Assembly: GCA_002497245.1 (NCBI GenBank)
Contig: DANB01000011.1
Coordinates: 60,612 to 124,611 of the forward strand
Source of the DNA: Euryarchaeota archaeon UBA439
GTDB taxonomy: Archaea > Thermoplasmatota > Poseidoniia > Poseidoniales > Thalassarchaeaceae
DNA: 64,000 nt
Direction: 5' to 3'
Positions within the stretch are counted from its first letter, which is position 1, and each line of letters starts with the position of its first letter. The notes beneath the pieces were generated by a model. The model was not told where the DNA came from and did not search any database. It saw only the letters and a list, made by a program, of their open reading frames with translations. Both the position numbers and the translations under genes were made by a program. Below are positions 27,428 through 38,531 of this stretch, in pieces.

Positions 27428-29035
27428 TCAGATGCGGAACATGAAGTTGCTTTGGAGGATACTGACCGTATTCATGGCCGAACTGCTTTAGTGCGTAATG
27501 TCGCTGCTGCTGTTTCTTTGTCGAATGCTGTTAGATCGACGTTGGGCCCCAGAGGGATGGATAAAATGCTAGTCGATGCGGAAGGAGCAGCGAGTGTTAC
27601 TAATGATGGAGTGACGGTTTTAGAAATGGCTAAAGTTGAACATCCAACTGCTAATTTACTAATTGCCTCTTCAAGTTCACAAGACCGTGCAGCAAGAGAT
27701 GGAACTACTACTACGGTAATTTTGATGGCTGAGATGCTACAAAATGCTCTGGAATTAGTAAGGGCTGGAATCCATCCCTCAATAATTATTAATGGCTACA
27801 GAATTGCAAACAGTAAAGCATTAGAAGAACTTGATAAGATTTCACGTTATGCTAATGATAGAGTTCTGAAAGAAGCAGTTGTTAAAACTTCTTTACAAGG
27901 AAAAATAGATTCTTTATTGTCTAAACATCTTACTGAATTAGCGTTAAATGCTGCAGAATCATTGTCTGATGAGGAGGGAGGTAAAGACTTAGAAAGACTA
28001 AGAATTAAAAGAATACAGATTTCTGGTGGCAGAGCATTAGATAGTGAATTGTTACCGGCATTAGTGCTAGCGAAAACAAAACTTATTGGGGCAACTTCTA
28101 CTTTTTCGGATGGAGGGAAAGTTGCAATAATTGATGGAGCTATTGAAGAGAGAAAATTGAGTTTGGATGCACAAATCGAGATTAGCGAATTAGGTGTGTT
28201 AAAAGATTTTCAGGCTAGTAATGAAAAATACCTCACAGAAATTGTAGGGCACCTAGAAAAATTAGGAGTTGATTTACTTATAGTTAGAGATGGGATAGCA
28301 GATGAAGCTATTTCCATACTATCTGAAGCAGGCATTACCGCCTATAGAAGATTCGAAAGAAATGATCTTGAAAGATTATCAAAATTGACAAATGCAAATA
28401 TGATTAGGGATGTCAAGAAAATCACTAAGGACGATATTGGAGAATATTCATCACGTTCAGAAGAAAATATTGGAGGGATAAATTATACAAAGATAGAAGG
28501 AGAATTTGGTGGTGCTATGACAGTTATCATCAGAGGTTCTACTCCCGAGATTAGAGATGAAGTAGGAAGAGCCTTTGATGATGCCCTAGGAGTAAGCCAT
28601 AGATTAACCAGGGAGGGAGAGATTCTTCCAGGAGGAGGGGCAACACAGATACACTTAGCCAGAAAGCTAAGAGAATATGCAACTACACAATCGGGTAGAG
28701 AACAAATGGCTATTGAAGGATATGCAGCTGCTCTAGAAATCGTCCCTCGTACATTAGCTGAAAATGCTGGCTATGACCCAATAGATATTGTGTTATCACT
28801 CTCAGCAGCTCAATCGAAAAATAAAGAAGAAGGGTCTTGGATCGGTCTTAACGGAAATTCAGGCGAAATCTCGAATATGCTGGAAGAAGAAATCTTTGAT
28901 CCAAAATTTGTAGCTGAGCATGCAATTACAGGAGCAACAGAGGCTGCAATAAGTATCCTGAGGATAGATGATGTATTATGGGCAAAGAAAGGCCCTGAGA
29001 CTCCAGATTGGACTAACCAGATTGAAGATAATTAA
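27425..29035 (+). CDS. ths: Thermosome / group II chaperonin subunit
   Basis: Signature motifs STLGPRGMDKML, VTNDGVTVL and RDGTTT. Start chosen at MSDAEHE, where the N-terminal spacing matches thermosomes. The ORF track starts at 27362. Confidence 0.85.
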   Translation: MSDAEHEVALEDTDRIHGRTALVRNVAAAVSLSNAVRSTLGPRGMDKMLVDAEGAASVTNDGVTVLEMAKVEHPTANLLIASSSSQDRAARDGTTTTVILMAEMLQNALELVRAGIHPSIIINGYRIANSKALEELDKISRYANDRVLKEAVVKTSLQGKIDSLLSKHLTELALNAAESLSDEEGGKDLERLRIKRIQISGGRALDSELLPALVLAKTKLIGATSTFSDGGKVAIIDGAIEERKLSLDAQIEISELGVLKDFQASNEKYLTEIVGHLEKLGVDLLIVRDGIADEAISILSEAGITAYRRFERNDLERLSKLTNANMIRDVKKITKDDIGEYSSRSEENIGGINYTKIEGEFGGAMTVIIRGSTPEIRDEVGRAFDDALGVSHRLTREGEILPGGGATQIHLARKLREYATTQSGREQMAIEGYAAALEIVPRTLAENAGYDPIDIVLSLSAAQSKNKEEGSWIGLNGNSGEISNMLEEEIFDPKFVAEHAITGATEAAISILRIDDVLWAKKGPETPDWTNQIEDN

Positions 29036-29039
29036 AATA

Positions 29040-29993
29040 TTACTTTAAGTTACTAATCATCTCATCAACTATAGTTTCTAGACCAAATCTTGATTGCCAA
29101 TTCCAGTCATTTCTTGAAACTTGATCATCAATAGAATCTGGCCATGAATCTGCATAATTCTGACGTATGTCTGGTTTATAGTTACAAACAAAATCTGGCA
29201 ACCTCTTCTTGATTTCAGATACTAATTCTTTAGGAGTAAAAGAAAGGCCAGAAATATTGTAACCACAACGGGCTGAACTCAATGAATCAATTGGAGCGTC
29301 CATTAATGATATTGTGGCTCTAATCGCATCATCCATATACATCATGGGAAGACGAGTATCGCCATTAAGGAAACAATCATACTTTGACTCATCAGACAGT
29401 GCTGCATGAAATATGTCTACTGCATAGTCAGTAGTTCCGCCGCTAACAGGTGATTTCCAAGAAATAAGTCCAGGATATCTAATACCTCTAATATCTACTC
29501 CATATTTTTGATAATACATCATACCTAAGATTTCACATTCAACCTTAGTCATCCCATACTTAGTAGTAGGATTAAGCGGAGTTACTTGAGGGGCTTTCTT
29601 TGGCGTATCAGGACCAAAAACAGCGATAGAAGAAGGAGTGAAAATACGCAAACCAAATTCTCTGCCAGCATCAAAAATATTTCTAGTACCTTCTACATTA
29701 ATCAATTCACATAATTCCGGATTTTCTTCACCCCTTGCGGAAAGAATTGCGGCTAAATGATAAATGATTTTGATGTTTTGATCATTAATAATTTGAAAAA
29801 TTCGATCTTTGTCAAGTACATCTAGATTGATATACGGCCCATTTAGAATACATGGATGATTTGGTTTCTCTCTGATATCACTAGCTATTACCATATCAGA
29901 ACCATAAATGTCTCTTAACGATTGTACTAAATCGGTACCAATCTGACCAAGTGCTCCTGTGACCAATATACGGCCACCCTCGCGTCCAATCAT
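29040..29993 (-). CDS. tdh: NAD-dependent epimerase/dehydratase-family enzyme, likely L-threonine 3-dehydrogenase (UDP-glucose-4-epimerase-like type)
   Basis: N-terminal ILVTGALGQIGTDL and catalytic Y-x3-K (YGMTK) motifs. Confidence 0.6.
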   Translation of the reverse strand: MIGREGGRILVTGALGQIGTDLVQSLRDIYGSDMVIASDIREKPNHPCILNGPYINLDVLDKDRIFQIINDQNIKIIYHLAAILSARGEENPELCELINVEGTRNIFDAGREFGLRIFTPSSIAVFGPDTPKKAPQVTPLNPTTKYGMTKVECEILGMMYYQKYGVDIRGIRYPGLISWKSPVSGGTTDYAVDIFHAALSDESKYDCFLNGDTRLPMMYMDDAIRATISLMDAPIDSLSSARCGYNISGLSFTPKELVSEIKKRLPDFVCNYKPDIRQNYADSWPDSIDDQVSRNDWNWQSRFGLETIVDEMISNLK

Positions 29994-30102
29994 AGTCGAC
30001 CGGAGAGATGGAGATACTTAGACTTAGCAAAGATTGTTTTTTGGACTAAGTATAAGGAATGTTGATAGGCAAGGTATGTTGGCTTCAAACCCCGTTGATT
30101 GG

Positions 30103-31758
30103 ATGAAGTATGTTGTAGTCACGGGAGGCGTCTTGTCAGGACTAGGTAAAGGGATTACAGCGAGTAGCATAGGAGTATTACTGAAATCCGCAGGACTGAG
30201 CGTCACTTCTGTAAAGATTGACCCTTATCTGAATTGTGATGCTGGAACGATGTCGCCGTTCGAACACGGCGAGGTATATGTTTTGGATGATGGGGGAGAA
30301 GTTGACTTGGATTTAGGGAATTATGAAAGATTTCTAGATATATCATTAACCAAGGATAATAACATAACTACAGGTAAAGTTTACCAATCTGTGATTGAAA
30401 GAGAGAGGAGAGGTGACTATCTTGGTAAAACTGTACAGGTCATCCCGCATATTACAAATGAAATTCAAGAGTGGATAGAAAGAGTTGCTAATACACCGAG
30501 TGACGGGACAAATAATACTCCAGATGCTTGTGTAATTGAATTAGGAGGGACTGTAGGGGATATTGAAAGTGCACCGTTTATAGAAGCCTTAAGGCAGTTC
30601 CAGTTTAGAGTTGGAGAAGAAAATATTTGCTTTGTCCATGTGAGTTTAGTACCTGTAATGGGGCCTGTTGGGGAACAAAAAACAAAGCCAACTCAACATA
30701 CTGTAAAAGAACTGAGAGGGCTGGGTATTATTCCAGATATTCTTGTTTGTAGATCAGAGAACCCATTAGACGAAGAAACAAGGGTGAAGTTGGCAGCTTT
30801 TTGTCATGTATCTCCAGATGCCGTGGTTTCAGCTCATGATGTATCGAATATATATCGGATTCCAATTCTATTAGAAGAACAAGGAGTTAGTGATGTACTT
30901 TCAAAAGAAATTGGTTTTGATTTACCAAAAACAAGGCCTCTTTTAGATGATTGGATAAGAATGGCTGAAACCGTAGATAATCTTGAAGAAGTAGTAAAAA
31001 TTGCTATGGTTGGTAAATATACTGGACTGTCAGATTCATATCTCAGTGTGATCAAGGCATTACAGCATTCATCATTTGAGGTAAATCGTAAACTTCAAAT
31101 TAATTGGATAGAAGCAGAGAATCTAGACGAAAAGATAAAACAAGAAAATTATGAAAAATATACTGAGGCTTGGGATGCACTAAAGGATTCGGATGGAATA
31201 CTTGTCCCAGGTGGTTTTGGAATCAGAGGCATAGAGGGCAAGATAAGGGCTGCAGAATATGCTAGAGTCAATAAAATACCATATCTTGGAGTTTGTCTTG
31301 GTTTACAAATTGCGACAATAGAATTCTGCAGAAATGTATTGGGTATGAAGGATGCAAACTCCACTGAATTTGATGAAGATACATCTCAACCAGCAGTAGT
31401 ATTCATGCCAGAGATATCAAAGACACATATGGGTGGAACAATGAGGCTGGGGACAAAACCAACACCGTTTCTCGTAGAAGACTGTAAAATAAAGAGGCTT
31501 TATGGAAATCAATCACATGTTGATGAGAGACATAGGCACAGATACGAGGTAAATCCAGAACTAATCTCAAAAATTGAAAGTGCGGGATTAATGTATGTTG
31601 GCAAAGATGAAACTGGTCAGAGATGTGAAATTATGGAGTTAAAAGACCACCCATATTACGTCGGAACACAATATCATCCAGAATTTAAATCAAGACCGGG
31701 GAGGCCCAGTCCTCCGTTTTTGGGACTTTTAATGGCTTCAATAGGGCAAAAGATTTGA
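30103..31758 (+). CDS. pyrG: CTP synthase
   Basis: N-terminal [18 protein letters not shown] and a C-terminal glutamine amidotransferase domain. Start chosen at MKYV. Confidence 0.9.
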   Translation: MKYVVVTGGVLSGLGKGITASSIGVLLKSAGLSVTSVKIDPYLNCDAGTMSPFEHGEVYVLDDGGEVDLDLGNYERFLDISLTKDNNITTGKVYQSVIERERRGDYLGKTVQVIPHITNEIQEWIERVANTPSDGTNNTPDACVIELGGTVGDIESAPFIEALRQFQFRVGEENICFVHVSLVPVMGPVGEQKTKPTQHTVKELRGLGIIPDILVCRSENPLDEETRVKLAAFCHVSPDAVVSAHDVSNIYRIPILLEEQGVSDVLSKEIGFDLPKTRPLLDDWIRMAETVDNLEEVVKIAMVGKYTGLSDSYLSVIKALQHSSFEVNRKLQINWIEAENLDEKIKQENYEKYTEAWDALKDSDGILVPGGFGIRGIEGKIRAAEYARVNKIPYLGVCLGLQIATIEFCRNVLGMKDANSTEFDEDTSQPAVVFMPEISKTHMGGTMRLGTKPTPFLVEDCKIKRLYGNQSHVDERHRHRYEVNPELISKIESAGLMYVGKDETGQRCEIMELKDHPYYVGTQYHPEFKSRPGRPSPPFLGLLMASIGQKI

Positions 31759-31760
31759 AA

Positions 31761-32906
31761 TTAATCAACAATTATTGGGAGTACTCTAGTAGTTCTATAT
31801 CCTTGTAATACTTTCATATATTTTTTCTCAGAGAATCTATTATCCAACATTTCATCTCCGGTTTCTATACGTAAACGACGGACAGAAATCAATTTAGCGG
31901 GAGTAACTACACCTAATATATCATCAATTGGTATTTTTCTTAAAACACTAGGAGAAAGTTGTAAATTACCTCTCCCTATAAGGAAACCTTGGCCACCCAT
32001 AGGAGACAAGAGCAAAGTAACTTCGCCATTGTGTGAAGATAAAATGTCAATTAGTTGTTCTTCATTAAGATCGGTTCCTACCTGTTCTTTACCCAATGTA
32101 GCATCAATCCCTAGAACTGTCCCCTCAAAACCAATCATGTTAGAAATTGTTCTCAATGTCCCACCAGAACCCCAGATAACTAATCTATCATCATGAATTA
32201 ACAACTCTCGAATGTGATCTGCAAGTCCTTCTATTATCTCTTCTTCGCCTGTTGCCTCAACTCTCATTTTAGCACCTTGCATCCATCTGGGAGATGCAGG
32301 TGTCTTAACTTCGGCATACAATCTAACTACCCATTCGCCATTTCGATATTTATCTTCATCTAAATCAAGAACTTCGGTACTGGATAGTAACAAATCCCCA
32401 TTCAACCATGACGAAAGTACTTCTGCACCAGCTTTAGGAGATGAAGCAAAACATCCAGAATGCATTTTAACACCACAAGGAATACCAATTACGGGTATAC
32501 TAGATTTATTTTGAGAATCTAAAGCCGATACTATATCTCGTGTGGTTCCATCACCACCAGCATACAGTATTAAATCAATATTTGAATCAATGAGCAGAGA
32601 GACTAATGTGGAGGTATCAGACTGGCTTGTAAATCCTGGAGATTCATGAATTAAGTTGAAATTACCTATAGAGATATTATCAGGTATCCATTGGCTACCC
32701 ATTCTTCCCTTGCTTGTATACCATTGGATATCTTTGTCATTATCATAAATTTTACTGAAATATAACAAGGCATCACTTACTCTTGGACCTGCCCTGTCTT
32801 CTGCACCCATTGAACGAGCAAAATTAGCTTGGCCATCTGAGCCCTTTAAGCCCAATCTACCGCCTAAACCAGCATCAGGATTAACCAACAAGCCAATGCG
32901 CATCAT
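31761..32906 (-). CDS. ATP-NAD kinase-like protein (COG3199-type predicted kinase)
   Basis: N-terminal [15 protein letters not shown] and a GDGT-like motif ([11 protein letters not shown]) typical of NAD kinase/DAG kinase-fold proteins. Confidence 0.4.
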   Translation of the reverse strand: MMRIGLLVNPDAGLGGRLGLKGSDGQANFARSMGAEDRAGPRVSDALLYFSKIYDNDKDIQWYTSKGRMGSQWIPDNISIGNFNLIHESPGFTSQSDTSTLVSLLIDSNIDLILYAGGDGTTRDIVSALDSQNKSSIPVIGIPCGVKMHSGCFASSPKAGAEVLSSWLNGDLLLSSTEVLDLDEDKYRNGEWVVRLYAEVKTPASPRWMQGAKMRVEATGEEEIIEGLADHIRELLIHDDRLVIWGSGGTLRTISNMIGFEGTVLGIDATLGKEQVGTDLNEEQLIDILSSHNGEVTLLLSPMGGQGFLIGRGNLQLSPSVLRKIPIDDILGVVTPAKLISVRRLRIETGDEMLDNRFSEKKYMKVLQGYRTTRVLPIIVD

Positions 32907-32959
32907 ATCACTCGCAAAGGGCGTGTGTTAATATCAATACAGCCTACGGGTTTACCATA

Positions 32960-33868
32960 ATGCGTATCGTAATTGCACTTGGGGGGAACGCTCTTCTTCA
33001 GAGAGGGGATGAAATGACTGCTGATAATCAAAGAGAAAATATCAGAGTCGCCGTGAAAGCTTTAGCACCAATTATTGAGGAACATGAAGTAGTAATTAGT
33101 CATGGAAATGGTCCTCAAGTTGGTCTTCTATCATTACAGTCTGCTGCTTACAAAGAAGTTGAAGAATATCCTCTTGATATTTTAGGTGCGCAAACTCAAG
33201 GGATGATTGGTTATATGATTGAACAAGAATTAGGCAATCTTCTACCAATTGAAAAGCCTATTGCATCTATCCTAACAATGGTAGAAATAGACCCCGAAGA
33301 CCCTGCATTTTCAAATCCAACGAAGCCGATTGGTCCAGTATATACTGAAGATCAGGCTAAAAATCTGGCAAAAATTAAAGGTTGGGACATTAAAAATGAT
33401 GGAGAATATTGGAGAAGAGTTGTTCCTTCACCGGAACCTCATCGAATTTTTCAGTTAAGGCCTATTCATTGGTTATTGGAAAAGGGAACAGTGGTCATAT
33501 GTGCAGGAGGTGGCGGAATTCCTACATCTTACGCTGAAAAGGGTAAATTAGAGGGAGTCGAGGTTGTAATTGATAAAGATAGAGCCAGTTCTTTACTAGC
33601 CTTCGAGTTAGATGCTGATTTACTCATTATGGCAACTGATACAGAAGGAGTTTACCTTGATTGGGGGAGCGATTTGGAAAGAATTATTTCAAAAACAACA
33701 CCAGAAGAAATTAGAAAATATAAATTTGATAATGGTTCGATGGGGCCAAAAGTTGAGGCTGCCTGTACCTTTGTTGAACGCTCAGGACAAAGAGCAGCGA
33801 TTGGATCTCTGAATGACATTCAAAAAATGGTGGATGGTTTAGCGGGAACACAATTTTTACTGGAATAA
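32960..33868 (+). CDS. arcC: Carbamate kinase
   Basis: N-terminal [13 protein letters not shown] and the HGNGPQVG motif. Confidence 0.8.
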   Translation: MRIVIALGGNALLQRGDEMTADNQRENIRVAVKALAPIIEEHEVVISHGNGPQVGLLSLQSAAYKEVEEYPLDILGAQTQGMIGYMIEQELGNLLPIEKPIASILTMVEIDPEDPAFSNPTKPIGPVYTEDQAKNLAKIKGWDIKNDGEYWRRVVPSPEPHRIFQLRPIHWLLEKGTVVICAGGGGIPTSYAEKGKLEGVEVVIDKDRASSLLAFELDADLLIMATDTEGVYLDWGSDLERIISKTTPEEIRKYKFDNGSMGPKVEAACTFVERSGQRAAIGSLNDIQKMVDGLAGTQFLLE

Positions 33869-33943
33869 CTTTTACATTTGTGATTAAATAAGCAAGGTAT
33901 TCATATCATTGTCGTGTCGGGATAGATTACGGAGGCGGAGTGA

Positions 33944-35908
33944 ATGTCGATGATACAAGTAAAAATCAATGACGAAGAAACACATGAATACGCATCCGGA
34001 ATTACTGCAGGAGATATCTTGCAGAATGTCTATGGGAAAAGAAGTGGTGCAGTAGCTGCAAATATTGATGGCATAGAAAGAGATATGTCATTTACAATCA
34101 ACGAAGATTGTGAAATTGAGCCAATCTTAGGAGAATCAGAGCAGGGTTTGTACATTCTTAGGCACTCTTGCGCGCATCTACTTGCGCAAGCTGTTGTTGA
34201 AATATTCCCCGATGCTAAGCCTACAATAGGACCGCCTATTGAACATGGTTTCTACTATGACTTCCATATGAATCCAATAGGCGATGCTGATCTCAAAAAA
34301 ATAGAAAAAAGGATGCAACAACTTGTTAGGGAAAATATTAAAATTCATAGAGAAGAATATGAAAATAGCGAATTAAGAGAAATGTTTCAAGGAAATAAAT
34401 TCAAAATTGAAATCATGGATGATAAAATAGGAAATGAAGTCGGTTCAACCGCCTATAGACAAGGTGATTTTGTTGATTTATGTAGAGGCCCGCACGTACC
34501 ATCAACTTCTCACCTTAGATGGTTCAAATTAACAAGTACGAGTCAGGCATATTGGAGAGCAGATAGGAATAGAGAACCCCTGACTCGAATTTATGGTATG
34601 TGTTATGCAACTAAAGAAGGGTTGAAAGAAAGACAAAGGCAAATCGAAGAAGCTAGTAAAAGAGATCATAAAAAAATTGGGAAGGAAATGGAGCTTTATA
34701 TGATCGATGAGATGATTGGAAAAGGCCTGCCAGTTTGGCTACCTAACGGAGAAATTCTAAAATCAGAAATAGAAAGATATGCATTGGAAACCGAAGATGA
34801 ATATGGGTATGATAGAGTTACAACTCCAGTTTTAGCGAAAAAAGAATTGTTCGAATGTAGTGGCCACCTCCCACATTATGCTGAAGGAATGTATCCTCCA
34901 ATGGAAATGGATGATGGAACTTATTATCTAAAAGCTATGAACTGTCCAATGCATCACTTAGTTTTTAGTAATAAAAAAAGATCATATAGAGAACTTCCAC
35001 TAAGAATTGCAGAGTATGGTACAGTGTATAGGAATGAAATGTCGGGAACTTTAGCAGGTCTATTAAGGGTCAGAATGTTATCAATGAATGATGCACACAT
35101 CTATTGTACCCTTGAACAAGTTGGACAAGAGGTTGCGAGTAATATAAAAATGGTTCAAGATTATTATTCATCATTTGGGTTTGAAAATTATCACTTCAGA
35201 TTATCGCTTTGGGACCCTGAAAATACTGATAAATACATCAAACAACCAGAAAATTGGAATTCTACTCAAAATCATCTAAGAAGAATATTGGATGAACTAA
35301 AGGTACCTTATGTAGAAGCAATCGGTGAAGCAGCATTTTATGGACCTAAAATCGACATTCAGTTTACAACAGCCTTAGGAAGAGAAGAATCGATGTCTAC
35401 AATACAACTTGATTTTGCAGCTAAGGAACGTTTTGAACTTAGTTATAAAGATGAAAAGGGAGAAGAAAATGGTGAAGTATTTGTCATTCATAGAGCACCA
35501 CTATCAACTCATGAAAGATTTGTTGCATTCCTAACAGAACATTGGGCAGGAAACTTCCCTACTTGGCTATCACCCAAACAAATTCAAATAATTACTATTT
35601 CTGAGAAACAAAAAGAATATGCAAGAGAGGTTGAGAAGTCTTTAGCAGATATTGGAGTTAGAGTTTCTGTAGATGACTCAGACGCAACCATTGGGAAGAA
35701 AATACGTATGCATAGGAAAATGCGTCCCGCATATATGTTAATTCTAGGAGAAGACGAAGAAAAAGGAAAAACTGTTTCGATTAGAATTGATCGGAAAGGC
35801 GAACCAAGAAGTGGAGAACAACGTAATGGAGTCCCTCTAAATGAATTCTTAGAAAAACTATCCGAAGAAATTACTTCTAGAAGTAAAGACTTATCATTAG
35901 TAAAATAA
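33944..35908 (+). CDS. thrS: Threonyl-tRNA synthetase (bacterial-type N-terminal TGS/editing domains)
   Basis: Class II aaRS motifs, HSCAHLL in the N2 editing domain and a C-terminal anticodon-binding domain. 654 aa. Confidence 0.9.
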   Translation: MSMIQVKINDEETHEYASGITAGDILQNVYGKRSGAVAANIDGIERDMSFTINEDCEIEPILGESEQGLYILRHSCAHLLAQAVVEIFPDAKPTIGPPIEHGFYYDFHMNPIGDADLKKIEKRMQQLVRENIKIHREEYENSELREMFQGNKFKIEIMDDKIGNEVGSTAYRQGDFVDLCRGPHVPSTSHLRWFKLTSTSQAYWRADRNREPLTRIYGMCYATKEGLKERQRQIEEASKRDHKKIGKEMELYMIDEMIGKGLPVWLPNGEILKSEIERYALETEDEYGYDRVTTPVLAKKELFECSGHLPHYAEGMYPPMEMDDGTYYLKAMNCPMHHLVFSNKKRSYRELPLRIAEYGTVYRNEMSGTLAGLLRVRMLSMNDAHIYCTLEQVGQEVASNIKMVQDYYSSFGFENYHFRLSLWDPENTDKYIKQPENWNSTQNHLRRILDELKVPYVEAIGEAAFYGPKIDIQFTTALGREESMSTIQLDFAAKERFELSYKDEKGEENGEVFVIHRAPLSTHERFVAFLTEHWAGNFPTWLSPKQIQIITISEKQKEYAREVEKSLADIGVRVSVDDSDATIGKKIRMHRKMRPAYMLILGEDEEKGKTVSIRIDRKGEPRSGEQRNGVPLNEFLEKLSEEITSRSKDLSLVK

Positions 35909-35924
35909 ATATCGAGGTTTCTAT

Positions 35925-36764
35925 ATGGAAGAGGAGGAAATCGTAAATATTGCTGGTTATCGCTTTGTAAATCTAGATGATAGAGATGAGCTAAGACAAC
36001 CTTTCCGATTTATTTGTGAAAAGCTAAATCTCAAAGGAACTATTTTATTGAGTAGGAACGGAATTAATTTCTTTCTTGCTGGAAATAAAAAATCTATAGA
36101 TTCTTACATAGAATTCCTAGAATCTGATAAAAGATTCACCGATATACCATTAAAAATAAGTTACACCGATTATCAACCATTTAGAAGAATGCTTGTTAGA
36201 CTTAAAAAGGAAATTATTTCATTAGGTTTAGATGAAGTTAGACCAGCAGAATTCACTGCACCTAATATCAAACCTCAAGATTTTAAGAATATGTTAGATA
36301 ATAATGAAGATATATTAATTCTAGATACAAGAAATGATTATGAAACTAGAGTGGGTTTATTTGAGAATGCAATTGATCTCAATTTATCAACATTCAGAGA
36401 TTTTCCAGAAGCCATCTCAGACCTTCCTGAAGAGTATAAAACAAAACAAATAGTAATGTATTGTACAGGTGGAATCAGATGTGAAAAGGCATCAGTGGTA
36501 ATGATGAATGCAGGATTTGAAAATGTCAAACAATTAGAGGGCGGCATTCTTGGATATTTTGAAGAGACTGATGGTTCTTATTGGAATGGGGACTGTTTTG
36601 TCTTTGATCAAAGAGTTGCAGTAGATACCGATTTAAATGAAACAGAATACTCAATGTGCTTCGCTTGTAGAGAACCTCTAACGAAGAAAGAAAGAAGATC
36701 TAATGATTATAAATTTGATTCTTATTGCCCATATTGTGTAGAAAAAAATAAAAATGACTCCTAG
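35925..36764 (+). CDS. trhO: tRNA uridine(34) hydroxylase TrhO (rhodanese-domain protein, UPF0176/YceA family)
   Basis: Rhodanese active-site loop YCTGGIRCEK and a C-terminal Cys cluster, in UPF0176 architecture. Confidence 0.7.
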   Translation: MEEEEIVNIAGYRFVNLDDRDELRQPFRFICEKLNLKGTILLSRNGINFFLAGNKKSIDSYIEFLESDKRFTDIPLKISYTDYQPFRRMLVRLKKEIISLGLDEVRPAEFTAPNIKPQDFKNMLDNNEDILILDTRNDYETRVGLFENAIDLNLSTFRDFPEAISDLPEEYKTKQIVMYCTGGIRCEKASVVMMNAGFENVKQLEGGILGYFEETDGSYWNGDCFVFDQRVAVDTDLNETEYSMCFACREPLTKKERRSNDYKFDSYCPYCVEKNKNDS

Positions 36765-38479
36765 ATTCTTCGTCTAAGGTTCTCGATGATTTCATCAGTT
36801 TCTCCTAATAATGAAAGTGTAGAGTCTATATCTCCTTCATCTAATAATTTCTTACATCCAGAAATTTTGCTCTCAGCGTTCATTCTCATTGGATCATTGA
36901 CTTTAATGTTAGAAGAATCTAGTTTTTTTCTTAAGTCAATCCACTCACTTTCTACGAATGTGTATAATTCTAAAGCCTCTGATTTTGATTTTTCATATAT
37001 TTGAAGATCTTTTGTAAGTGATTCTAAAAGTCTAGATGCTTCAACCCACTGTTCTAAATCTACTTTATCTTCAATATTCTTCAATTCGTTTCTCCACCCA
37101 TCACCAGATTGGCCAGTAGGAAATCTTGCAATCAATTTTTTCCTCTGCCTAAGTGCGCGTTGTACTTTTTGCATGGATTCAGAAACCTTATTTATATCTC
37201 TGATAATACTTGTAGCCAATCCTTTAGCAAGTGAAGAATTGCCTGAATCTAATGCATTCTTTGACTCTAATAATCTCTCTTTAGTACTAATTGAGAAACT
37301 GTCATCAACATCTTGGATTGCCTTTTCTGCTTCGATTATTGCTTCTTTGGCTTCTATTGTAGTAGCTTCTAAACTGTCAAGATGTCCGGAAACTGAAGAT
37401 GCTATCTTAATTGCTTCAATTGGATTCTCCGATTCAAGTGCTTCCTTTGCAGAATCAATTATATTTTTTATTGAGTCTAATTGGATCTGTTGAATATTAG
37501 AGATTAATTCTTCAGCACCTGCAATTTCATCAACTGCATTTTGCCAATATTGAATTACCTCCTCGGACTTCTTTTTGGAAAGCCGGAAAAATATCTCTGC
37601 TTCCCTTAGTGACCCGAAATCAGATTCTTTTTCTCCAGATTCAAATGCCTCTCTTGGACCGTTTATTCCAGGGGCTATGGATTCTGCTTTCTTCAAAAAT
37701 AGATAAGTTTCTTGTTTTATGTCATCTAAGTCTCTAGTCAACGCTTGAACTCTTTCAATTTCTTCTTCAGCGAGTGATATTGCCTCCATGCCTCTCTCAG
37801 GATCATTCCAACATTCCTCTCTTGCTTTCTTCAAAATTGAAGAGGCTTGTTCTAGAGAGATTCCTTTGCTTCGTAATAGTAATACTTGCCCTTCAACGGT
37901 ATCAAGTTTCTTGATGAATTTTTTTCTTGATTTGTGATTCATATCCTTGGATAATAAGTCAGGAGCCATAGTAACTAATACACAAATTAAGACAAATAAA
38001 TAAACGTACATTTCCGACGAAATGGAATACATAATTGAGGCTGCAAATGCGAGTCCGAGAAAACTAGTCAGTCCTCTCCATCTTCTAGATGAATGAGTTA
38101 TAGAAAGGTTTTTTCTAGCAACAGACCAAAGAAATATTGCTAATAGAAAATATATTAATCCCGATATTAAAGCGTCATTATATTCGATATTAGAGACTGA
38201 TAATGCTAACAAACTAGGATAAGAGATATTAGCAATTACACCTAATCTAGATCTCTGAATTAGTCCATAATCAATCAAGTCAATTACAACTAATGAAGAA
38301 ATAAATATCATAGATATTGGGCCTAAGCGAGGTAATAGCTCTGGCGAACCAAATAAACCAGAGAATAACCACCAGGATGCAGAAAAAATAAGTAAAAAAG
38401 TTACAGATAATGCTATTCTTTCAACTCGAACTCTATGATCTCGAATCACTCGATCAGGGTAGTCGGGTAGTAGAATCAC
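36761..38479 (-). CDS. Membrane protein with N-terminal multi-TM domain and long alpha-helical coiled-coil region
   Basis: About 6 hydrophobic helices in the first ~170 aa, then ~400 aa of charged heptad-like sequence. No recognised catalytic motif. Confidence 0.45.
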   Translation of the reverse strand: MILLPDYPDRVIRDHRVRVERIALSVTFLLIFSASWWLFSGLFGSPELLPRLGPISMIFISSLVVIDLIDYGLIQRSRLGVIANISYPSLLALSVSNIEYNDALISGLIYFLLAIFLWSVARKNLSITHSSRRWRGLTSFLGLAFAASIMYSISSEMYVYLFVLICVLVTMAPDLLSKDMNHKSRKKFIKKLDTVEGQVLLLRSKGISLEQASSILKKAREECWNDPERGMEAISLAEEEIERVQALTRDLDDIKQETYLFLKKAESIAPGINGPREAFESGEKESDFGSLREAEIFFRLSKKKSEEVIQYWQNAVDEIAGAEELISNIQQIQLDSIKNIIDSAKEALESENPIEAIKIASSVSGHLDSLEATTIEAKEAIIEAEKAIQDVDDSFSISTKERLLESKNALDSGNSSLAKGLATSIIRDINKVSESMQKVQRALRQRKKLIARFPTGQSGDGWRNELKNIEDKVDLEQWVEASRLLESLTKDLQIYEKSKSEALELYTFVESEWIDLRKKLDSSNIKVNDPMRMNAESKISGCKKLLDEGDIDSTLSLLGETDEIIENLRRRI

Positions 38480-38531
38480 AATTAATCACAATGTGTTATG
38501 ACTCATGAGTGCTGCGGATATTTGTTTCAGA

